From positions 1 through 47,538 of the forward strand of contig CAYZJY010000003.1 in assembly GCA_964478995.1 (NCBI GenBank): a DNA stretch of 47,538 bases, read 5' to 3'. Below, one piece after another: positions 18,362 through 27,200 of the stretch; the first letter of the stretch is position 1, and every line of letters starts with the position of its first letter. The notes beneath the pieces are model-generated. The model was not told the DNA's origin and searched no databases. It worked only from the letters and a program-made list of their open reading frames with translations. Source of the DNA: an uncultured bacterium. Lineage in GTDB: Bacteria; Fidelibacterota; Marinisomatia; Marinisomatales; UBA1611. The position numbers and the translations under genes were made by a program.

Positions 18362-20605
18362 ATGAAATATTTTAAAATCATTAGCAGCATGATCATCTCA
18401 TGTGTTTTTCTTTTTACATTATCATGTGATGATCGGCTCCCTGTGGAGACAGAGGATGCCGTTGAAACAGGATCTCTAGAACTTTCACATGCTTTCGTCC
18501 ATGGTTCGACCTCAAATCCAACCATAGTAGGTGAGGTTTTGTCCGACCCTGAGGCAAAAACTTCCGTTGTGGTCATAGCAAGACTATTGGATGGTGAGGG
18601 CAATGGGGTCAACAGTAAATCAATTCAATTTTCCTCAGATACTGAAGGATCATTTGATACAAGTGATCCCTCAACTAAATATGTTCCTAATTTCAAGGAA
18701 TTTGGTTTTCCTGACATGGGTGGGAATGGGTATGCCTATGCAAGGTTCACTCCATCAGATGGTGCAGAAAAAATAGAGACCACTGCATCTTCTGGAGCCA
18801 TCGTCACTGTGAAGTACACAGAGGACATCATTGATAATGTTGAATTCTCCGTATTCAGCCAAAAGGAACAAGTATGGCCATACACCATGAACATTACGGC
18901 AAGTTCTCAGATAGAACTTGGTGCAAGCAGCGAATACGAGGTTTTGCTTCAGAATGCCTATGGGCATGAACTTGGAGGCGTTCTATTAAACATCGAATCC
19001 GATAATGGTAGCATCGAATGTTCTGATACCTGCTATACAGATGCAACCGGAAGGATCAATACGACCTTTGAATCATATAGTTTTAGTGACAATGTTGGAC
19101 CAGGTCTGGTCAATACATCATTCTACCACCCTGCGATCGGTGATACGGTAACGGTTCAAAAACAGATCGTCATAGGTAGTGAGAGTGCCGTGGGTTCTTG
19201 TGCCTACATTGAGATTCCAGCATCAAATCCTAGTGAGATCGTTGTAAAGGATGGTGGTGGAATTGAGTCAACGGATATCAAGGCGGAGATCTACGATAGC
19301 AATGGTAACCTTTTGACAACCCCAATAACAGTAAACTTCACGCTTGAGCCGATTCTTGAAGGTACCTACCTCAATTCACCAGGACTGACAACCATAAACG
19401 TGGAGAGTGTCAATGGCATTGCAACGGTATCTCTTAATAGTGGTTCAGAGCCCGGACCTGTGAGGATCAAGGCAACAACAAATACGATAGAGACATCGAT
19501 ATGTGATACACTGAATAATGAATTGGAAAGTATATCTGTACCTGTCATCATTGCCTCTGGTGCTCCCTACTATATTGAGGCTGAGTATGACCCCAATAGT
19601 ACTGAGGCCATTGGAGGTGGTTTCTATCAGACCGAATGTGCTGCAATAGTGTACGACAAGTGGAGTAACCCGGTCGAGGATTCTACCTACGTGTATTGGT
19701 CCATTAATCCACTTCTGCCGGATACGACCATAGATGCGATGGTCGAGGGTGTAAGTTATACCAACAACGAAGGTGTATTGAGTGGTACGGCGACTCCAGG
19801 TGTGGCCAGAACAAATATTGTTTACTCTACTGATGCCATAGGTGACATAGCCCAGGTACGAGCGCTTACATTTGGTGCAAATGGTGATTCGGTCTATTCT
19901 TACATTAATGAGGATGAGGGAGATGCTACCCTATTTTTTCTCCCAGGTCAGGTCACATTGCTAGCTGAGGCTACCTACCATGACTTTAGTCTACCTCCAT
20001 CAACCGTAGCAGAAATACAGATCTCTGCACTCGTAATTGATTATTATGGTAATCCCGTTGTCGATGCACCTGTGGCATTTGGCGGGACTGGTGTAAGTGC
20101 TTGGGCGGAAGTACAGTATGAAAGTGAAGGATGGACAGATGAAGGTGTCCTTGGTGCAGGAGAAGGGGATGGGTGTTTTACCTGGCGTGATTATGGTGCT
20201 GATGATGACCCTCAGACGCTAGACATGGGTACATTCAATCAAAGTCATGATTCGTTTGACCTCGATGGAGATGGATTGATCGATACTGCAGAGGTATCAG
20301 AATTCTTCAATGATTGGGGATATGATGGTGTACCAAATACATTCGACCAAGGAGAGGGGAATGGATACTGGGATGGATACTCAATGATAAACTGTGAGCC
20401 AGTTGTCAAGACCGATGAAGATGGATATGCGAGAATAATTGTCAAATTTGATCGCGGACTATGTACTCTAGCAAATGAGGATGATGGTGTTTGTACTTAC
20501 GATGATTTTACTGCTAGCATGGGAGCTACCTTATTGATACCAGAGATCACATCCAGCGACCCATTGGATATCCTGTTGGTAAGAACAGGCCAAGATTGCG
20601 ATTAA
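18362..20605 (+). CDS. large lipoprotein with several Ig-like (invasin/Big-type) domains and an acidic calcium-binding-like C-terminal region; function unknown, embedded in the pilus operon
   Basis: The signal peptide ends in FTLSC, followed directly by the acidic stretch DDRLPVETEDAVE. Patterns of the type xVxVxAxLxDxxGNxV recur (VVIARLLDGEGNGVNSKSIQF; IKAEIYDSNGNLLTTPITVNF; ISALVIDYYGNPVVDAPVAF). The C-terminus contains DLDGDGLIDTAE. The ATG lies 1 nt after the pilQ stop. Confidence 0.55.
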   Translation: MKYFKIISSMIISCVFLFTLSCDDRLPVETEDAVETGSLELSHAFVHGSTSNPTIVGEVLSDPEAKTSVVVIARLLDGEGNGVNSKSIQFSSDTEGSFDTSDPSTKYVPNFKEFGFPDMGGNGYAYARFTPSDGAEKIETTASSGAIVTVKYTEDIIDNVEFSVFSQKEQVWPYTMNITASSQIELGASSEYEVLLQNAYGHELGGVLLNIESDNGSIECSDTCYTDATGRINTTFESYSFSDNVGPGLVNTSFYHPAIGDTVTVQKQIVIGSESAVGSCAYIEIPASNPSEIVVKDGGGIESTDIKAEIYDSNGNLLTTPITVNFTLEPILEGTYLNSPGLTTINVESVNGIATVSLNSGSEPGPVRIKATTNTIETSICDTLNNELESISVPVIIASGAPYYIEAEYDPNSTEAIGGGFYQTECAAIVYDKWSNPVEDSTYVYWSINPLLPDTTIDAMVEGVSYTNNEGVLSGTATPGVARTNIVYSTDAIGDIAQVRALTFGANGDSVYSYINEDEGDATLFFLPGQVTLLAEATYHDFSLPPSTVAEIQISALVIDYYGNPVVDAPVAFGGTGVSAWAEVQYESEGWTDEGVLGAGEGDGCFTWRDYGADDDPQTLDMGTFNQSHDSFDLDGDGLIDTAEVSEFFNDWGYDGVPNTFDQGEGNGYWDGYSMINCEPVVKTDEDGYARIIVKFDRGLCTLANEDDGVCTYDDFTASMGATLLIPEITSSDPLDILLVRTGQDCD

Positions 20606-20627
20606 TTATAGTTCAAGGGAATAGAAA

Positions 20628-22349
20628 ATGAGTCAAGAATTCAACCCCCAATTCTCAAAGATCGGTGAGATCCTTGTCAAGAATGGTAAGGCCACCGAGG
20701 GTGGTATAAATGAGGCACTTGCAGAGCAAAAGACGACCAATGAAAAAATTGGGGTAACCCTCATAGAGATGGGCCTCATTGAAGAAGATGACTTCGCTAC
20801 CGCTTATAGTCAGCAACTCGGTTATAAGAAGGCAGACAATTTCATTCTCCTAGAAGCAGATTCTCAGGTTGCTGCATTGATCCCTGAGGATTTTGCAAGA
20901 GAGAATAGGGTTCTAGGGGTAAGCAGCAATGAAACGACCATTGTTGTTGCCATGGAAGATCCAGATGATGTTGTGTCTGTTGATTCGATCAAGAGACTGA
21001 CGAATTTAAATCCTGATATCCTTGTTGCGGGACCTGATCTATTGGAAAAGGCACTCGACAAGGTCTATGGCGAGATCCAAAAGACGGCAGAGGTCGCTGA
21101 GACCATTGATAGTATCACGGTCATCTCTGGTGAGGAGGGCTCTCAGGAGGAGGTCGATCTTTCTCCTGACAAGGCATCTGAGGAAGATGCCCCCATAGTA
21201 AAATTAGTTAATTTGATCTTCCAAGAGTCGATCAAGGAGCGTGCGACGGATATTCACATTGAGCCCATGGAGGCTCAGGTCTATGTGCGCATAAGAATTG
21301 ATGGTGTGCTGCAAACGATAATGACACCCCCGATCACGTCATTGAGCGGTCTTGTCACTAGGATCAAGATCCTTTCAAATTTGAATATTGCAGAGAAACG
21401 TTTGCCTCAAGATGGACGATTTTCGGTCAAATCTCCAAATAAGGACATAGATATTCGTGTATCAATATTACCAACTGTCTATGGTGAAAAGGTTGTCATG
21501 CGTCTTCTTGACAAAACAGGCTTTGACTTCAACCTGACCTCGCTTGGTTTTCCAAAACAAAATCTAGGAACATTCAAAAAGGTCATCAACCAGCCTTATG
21601 GCATGGTCGTGGTCTCTGGTCCCACAGGCTCGGGTAAATCAACCTCGCTCTATGCCGCGTTAAAGGAGATCAAGAGTGAGAGGACAAACATAACCACCGT
21701 GGAAGACCCTGTCGAATATCAACTAGACGGTGTGAACCAGGTTCAGGTCTTTGAGGATATTGGTCTCACATTTGGTTCGACACTTAGATCCATACTTAGG
21801 CAAGACCCTGACGTTCTATTGATCGGTGAGATCCGCGATGAGGAGACAGCGGACATCGCCGTAAAATTTGCTTTAACTGGTCACCTTGTTTTTTCAACGG
21901 TACACGCTAATGATGCTCCTGGAACGATCACTAGGCTTTTAGACATTGGCATTGCACCGTTTCTGGTTGGGTCGTGTCTTAACCTTGTAATGGCTCAGAG
22001 GCTTGTCAGAAGACTATGTACCAATTGCAAAGAGGAATACGTTCCGACAAAAGAAGAATTAATGGTTGTTGGGCTTGAAAAGGATAAAATAGATGGTCCT
22101 TTATTCAAGGGCAAGGGCTGTGCTGAATGTCGAAATACTGGATATAAGGGTAGACTGGCGATCTTTGAGATGATTCCAATGGCCAGAGATCTAAGGAAAC
22201 TTGTTTTTGATAATGCAAATGAAGATGAGATCAGGCAGACAGCATTAGAAAATGGAATGACAACTTTGAGGGATGCAGGACTTTCAAGAGTAATGGATGG
22301 TACTACGTCCATTGAGGAGATCATGAGATCAACAGTTGAAGATTTATAG
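20628..22349 (+). CDS. pilB: type IV pilus assembly (extension) ATPase PilB / GspE family
   Basis: This 573-aa protein has an N-terminal T2SSE_N/MshEN-like domain (IGEILVKNGKATEGGINEAL), Walker A GPTGSGKST, Walker B LLIGEIRD, His box GHLVFSTVHA and the tetracysteine motif CTNC...CAEC. Confidence 0.9.
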   Translation: MSQEFNPQFSKIGEILVKNGKATEGGINEALAEQKTTNEKIGVTLIEMGLIEEDDFATAYSQQLGYKKADNFILLEADSQVAALIPEDFARENRVLGVSSNETTIVVAMEDPDDVVSVDSIKRLTNLNPDILVAGPDLLEKALDKVYGEIQKTAEVAETIDSITVISGEEGSQEEVDLSPDKASEEDAPIVKLVNLIFQESIKERATDIHIEPMEAQVYVRIRIDGVLQTIMTPPITSLSGLVTRIKILSNLNIAEKRLPQDGRFSVKSPNKDIDIRVSILPTVYGEKVVMRLLDKTGFDFNLTSLGFPKQNLGTFKKVINQPYGMVVVSGPTGSGKSTSLYAALKEIKSERTNITTVEDPVEYQLDGVNQVQVFEDIGLTFGSTLRSILRQDPDVLLIGEIRDEETADIAVKFALTGHLVFSTVHANDAPGTITRLLDIGIAPFLVGSCLNLVMAQRLVRRLCTNCKEEYVPTKEELMVVGLEKDKIDGPLFKGKGCAECRNTGYKGRLAIFEMIPMARDLRKLVFDNANEDEIRQTALENGMTTLRDAGLSRVMDGTTSIEEIMRSTVEDL

Positions 22350-23596
22350 TGGCCATATTTAATTATTTGACAAAGGATTCTGAAGGCAAGAGAAAAGAGG
22401 GCGAGATCCGTGCTGATTCGTTGGATACAGCGATACAGAAATTATCTGCTAATGGGCAGATGGTCATTTCCCTAAAGGAGATTGATGATACATTTGATTT
22501 TCTTGGGCCATTCATCGATGAGATACAACTTTCCATTGAGAAGGCAAAGAACAGGATCCCTCTATCAAATATTGTTTTTTTTACCAGACAATTGGCAACC
22601 ATGTTCTCAGCTGGATTGACCCTAGAGAGAGCCATTCAGAGTCTAGGAGCAGAAGAGAAGCATAGAAAGTTCAAAAAGATTCTTGGGACGGTAAGTGACA
22701 ATATCCGAAAGGGACTCAATCTATCAGAATCTTTATCAAGGCACCCTGGAGTTTTCAATACTTTATTTGTTGCCATGGTGAAAGCGGGTGAGGTCAGTGG
22801 TAATCTTAATGAGATATTAGAGCAATTGTCTTCCTATCTAGAGAACCTAGATGATACTCGAAGGAAGGTCAAGTCTGCGATGAACTATCCTATCTTCATG
22901 ATCTTTTTTCTCATTGGCATGCTCATGGTCATGCTTTTGGTCATCATTCCAAAATTTTCGCAGGTCTATGCTCAATTAGGTGCGGGTCTTCCTGCCGCAA
23001 CAAGACAGATGATAGACTTTAGTACTTGGTTTGGTAATAATGTTGGTTTTCTTGCATTTGTCACATTTACGATCCTGTCAATTATTTGGCTCATATCAAA
23101 AACTCAGAGAGGCGGCTTTGCACTTGATTCATTTTTATTGAAGATCCCTGTGTTTGGAACTCTGACGGAACAATCCATATTGAATAAATTCTGTAAGACA
23201 TTTGGCATTCTGATAGGTGCAGGTGTCCCTGTATTGGAAACGACTGCTTTATTACGTAAGGTTGTTGATAACAAAGTCTATGAAAGAGCGATCGATGATG
23301 CCTCAGACCTCATAAGAGATGGATACAATATTTCCACAGCGCTAAGGAGGACAGAGGTGTTTCCATCTATATTGCTGCAGTTGGCATCCACGGGTGAGGA
23401 CACAGGAGAGTTGGATGACCTCCTTGATAGAGCTGCAGATTATTACCAGAAACAAGTAGATGCATTGGTCGATAGAATGACAACCTTAATAGAGCCACTA
23501 CTCATCTTACTCGTTGGGGCAGTGATCGCATTAATGGTCGTTCTAACCTACTTACCCGTTTTTCATCTAGGTTCAGCACTTCAGTCAGGTTTATGA
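22349..23596 (+). CDS. pilC: type IV pilus platform protein PilC / GspF family
   Basis: This 415-aa protein has the duplicated GspF architecture, with two cytoplasmic helical domains each followed by TM segments. The motif FTRQLATMFSAGLTLERA is typical. Its GTG start overlaps the pilB TAG by 1 nt. Confidence 0.9.
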   Translation: MAIFNYLTKDSEGKRKEGEIRADSLDTAIQKLSANGQMVISLKEIDDTFDFLGPFIDEIQLSIEKAKNRIPLSNIVFFTRQLATMFSAGLTLERAIQSLGAEEKHRKFKKILGTVSDNIRKGLNLSESLSRHPGVFNTLFVAMVKAGEVSGNLNEILEQLSSYLENLDDTRRKVKSAMNYPIFMIFFLIGMLMVMLLVIIPKFSQVYAQLGAGLPAATRQMIDFSTWFGNNVGFLAFVTFTILSIIWLISKTQRGGFALDSFLLKIPVFGTLTEQSILNKFCKTFGILIGAGVPVLETTALLRKVVDNKVYERAIDDASDLIRDGYNISTALRRTEVFPSILLQLASTGEDTGELDDLLDRAADYYQKQVDALVDRMTTLIEPLLILLVGAVIALMVVLTYLPVFHLGSALQSGL

Positions 23597-23597
23597 C

Positions 23598-24242
23598 ATG
23601 GAAATGATCTTCATTATCTTGTTTGGTGCCATCTTAGGATTCTCAGTAAAAATTCTTGTCAATTGGCTTTCCATTGATCAGTTTGTCATGGATAACATGA
23701 ATCCCATGCTTGAGATCATGGGTATTGGTCTTTCGACATGGGCTTTCCTTAATTTAAACATGCCTGAGGCCTTTGTATTTTCATTGGTCTCCATGACATT
23801 GGCAGGCATATCTGTCATTGACTATCATACGTTTCAGATCCCTCTCATCTTTATAATCATTGGTATTGTGGCAACATTGATCGGCATTCTTTTTGACGTG
23901 ATCTTTCTTTCTGCAGCGCTATGGGGTATATTCGTAGGGGCATTCATTCCCCTTGGCATCATGGGCATGCTATGGATGCTCACCAAACGCCAAGGCATGG
24001 GCTATGGAGACATACAAATGGGCATAGTTCTAGGAGCTTGGTTGGGACCCATGCGGATGGCCCTGACCTTATTTGGTGCCTCTGTCTTGAGTTTGTTGGC
24101 TTGGATAGGCGTTTCTCTAGTGAAGGGATTTGACAAGGATAGAGCAATGCCAATGGGACCGTTTTTATCATTTGCAGGAACGGGGGCATATATTGGTAGT
24201 TTCTACTACCCTGAATTCTTTCATTTATTGATCATACATTAG
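23598..24242 (+). CDS. pilD: prepilin peptidase (A24 aspartic peptidase), short form without N-terminal methyltransferase/zinc domain
   Basis: This 214-aa polytopic membrane protein has two Asp motifs, ISVIDYHTFQIP and GMGYGDIQMG. No N-terminal Cys-rich domain is present. It starts 1 nt after the pilC stop. Confidence 0.8.
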   Translation: MEMIFIILFGAILGFSVKILVNWLSIDQFVMDNMNPMLEIMGIGLSTWAFLNLNMPEAFVFSLVSMTLAGISVIDYHTFQIPLIFIIIGIVATLIGILFDVIFLSAALWGIFVGAFIPLGIMGMLWMLTKRQGMGYGDIQMGIVLGAWLGPMRMALTLFGASVLSLLAWIGVSLVKGFDKDRAMPMGPFLSFAGTGAYIGSFYYPEFFHLLIIH

Positions 24243-24250
24243 AGGCAGAC

Positions 24251-27200
24251 ATGACAAAAATACGCGATTGGCTATGGATAATTGCAGTGCTAGGTAACTT
24301 AATTGCATCTCAGGTCAATACTGAGGTCACACATGGTGGCTTTGGTATCACGTCCATGGAGAATAGATTAAGTTTCACTAATCCTGGTTATGAGATCAAA
24401 CAAATGGAGCAAGACGGTGTTCCATACATAAGACCAGAGATGGTAGGAGCGGGTTCAAGATCTGAGCCAGGGCAGCCAGATCTCCCAACGATATCAACCT
24501 ACTATGCAGTTGAACCAGGTAGATCCTTTACCGTCCAGGCATCGATCCAAGAGTTTGAGATCATTGAAGATGTTGAGGTCCTCCCATTTGACACATGGGA
24601 CTCAGAGCCAACAGGAGTATTTAGCAAGGGTAATGCCTATGGTCAGACCACACCCTTCCCTGAAAATATCGCTACTGTATCTCAGCCAATGGTCTTTAGA
24701 GACATTGCAATGGTACAGGTCTCATTGACACCTTTTCAATATGATCCAGTCTCTAAAACATTAACGATCATACAGAGTGTTGAGTTGGAGTTGGTCGAGA
24801 CAGGTTCGGTTGAAATGCCATTCATCCCTGAGAAACGGTCACGTGAGTTTGAAAAATTATATGAGTCATTGCTGGTCAATTATAGCACGCTTGAAAGAGA
24901 CGATGAAGATTACCAAAGGCCAGCGATCCTATATGTTTTACCAAATAACATTGGCAATCTACTAGGAACTGTAGAGGAATTAATGGATTGGAAAAAGAGG
25001 GTCGGTTATGATGTGCAATATGTCTCATCTTCTAATGTTGTCAATAATAAGAATAATCTGAAGGATTACATTGAGGAAGCGTATGAGACATGGGATAATC
25101 CTCCTGTCCATGTAACAATAGTAGGTGATGCAACAGGTAGTTACGACATTCCAACCTGGACCGAGTCATATAGCGGCTATAATGGCGAAGGTGACCACCC
25201 CTATACCACTCTTGAAGGTGGAGATGTATACCCTGAGGTATTCATCGGCAGAATATCATTCTCAAGTAGTTCGCACTTGAATACTATCATTAGCAAGACC
25301 CTGAACTATGAATCAAATCCCTACATGAATGAGAATTGGTTTCAGAGAGCGTGTCTTGTAGGTGACCCAAATACATCAGGCATATCTTGTGTCATTACAA
25401 ATGAAAGCATCAATGAAATGTTGGACCTAGCTGATTTTGAAGAGGTAAATACTATCTATAGTGGATCTTTTCCAAGCCAAATGGTCGCAGGATTGAATGA
25501 TGGGGTTTCCTTCTTTAATTACAGAGGCTATTATGGTGTGAGTGGATTTGGATCAAGCAATGTTAATAGTACATCAAATGGATTCATGCTTCCAGTTGCG
25601 ACAGTTATCACATGTGGTACAGGCTCATTTGCCTCAGGCAGTGGAGAATCTCTCATTGAATCATTCATCAGGGCTGGAACATCTTCAAATCCGAAAGGCT
25701 CAGTTGCATGTATCGGAACCGCAACACTTGGGACACACACCATGTTCAATAACATAGTTGACATGGGTTTCTATTATGCTGCTCTCATTGAGGGAATGGA
25801 CACCCCTGGTGCAGCCCTCATGTATGGGAAGATGATGCTCTATAGGAACTATCCATCAAACCCCAATAATTACTGTCATATCTTCACTCATTGGAATAAC
25901 CTGATGGGAGAGTCATCTCTTCAAATGTGGACTGCTTATCCTGAGATGACAACGGTCACACATCCGTTTAGCATTACAAAAGGACAAAATTACATCGACA
26001 TAACAGTAGACAAAGATAATGGCCCTGTCAATGATGCTTGGGTCACGATCTTAATGGGGGATGAGATATTTGAATCAGGTCACACGAATTCTCAGGGATT
26101 CATTCGATTACCAATAACCTCGGTTGAGACGGGTGAGGTATTGGTGACGGTTACCAAGAAAAATCATTATCCATACCAAAATTCATTCCAGATCAATGAT
26201 CCTGGAGTTGCAATTGGTGTGGCAGAATCTCCATATACGATCGATGATGATGATTCAGGAGATTCAAATGGAAATAGTAATTTTATTGCGAATGGCGGAG
26301 AGACCTTGGAGATCTATGTCACGGCAAAGAATTATGGTTCGGAAGATGCAACCAACGTCATGGGGCATCTGATGTCATCGAATGCAAATGTGGTCATTGA
26401 TTCTATTGGTAACATTTCTGAATTTGGTGATATTGCATCAGGAGAGACCGCTTCAGGTAGTGTGCCATTTGTTGTTACATTGAGTGAGGGACTTCCTGAT
26501 GGAACAGATCTTGAACTATTGGTTTCTTTCACCGATGAGGAAGGTAATTCTTTTGGTGGAATTCTAGACATCGTGTCTGAAGGGAATGAACTCAGTGCAA
26601 CAAGTGTAGATGTGCTAGGCTCTGCGAGCGACATATTGAGTCCTGGAGAATCTTCCCATGTTAAAATTGAATTGGATAATAGTGGTGCAACCAATGCAGT
26701 ATCCATTTCTGGTACAATCACGTGCGCAAGTCCATTCATTGAGATCATCGATGATTTTGGATCTTGGACAATTGTTTCTTCAGGAGGATCCTCTTTTAAT
26801 GGGGATGACCATTTTGAGATTAGTGCATTGGAAGAGACCATTCCAGGCGCTGTTGCACATCTTATTGTCAGTGTAGAGACAGAGGATGGGTATGTTTCAA
26901 ACTCGATCGTTGAGGTCCAAATAGGAGAGCCAACGGTCAATGACCCTGTAGGTCCAGACTCTCATGGATATTATATCTATGACAATGAGGACATTGATTA
27001 TTTACTTGCTCCTACCTATGATTGGGTTGAGATAGATGATAGAGAAGGGGGTCCTGGTAACCACTTGAGTTCTCTATCAGATAATGGTAACAATCAGGAT
27101 GATGTGGAGACAGTGGATATTCCATTTACATTCAAGTTCTATGGACAAGAATATGATGAGATCAGTATCTCCTCAAATGGTTGGATCGCAATGGGACAGA

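Noticed and set aside
26332-26940. 202-aa minus-strand ORF inside C25 protein 1. The same applies to other internal or antisense ORFs of 60-130 aa throughout the track (for example 2940-3299, 7633-7980, 8429-8815, 10309-10689, 16818-17162, 21995-22324 and 33896-34219).
   Set aside because: All are nested within long, motif-supported plus-strand CDSs. They are Ser/Pro/Leu-rich, have no start context and no recognisable domains, and are spurious.
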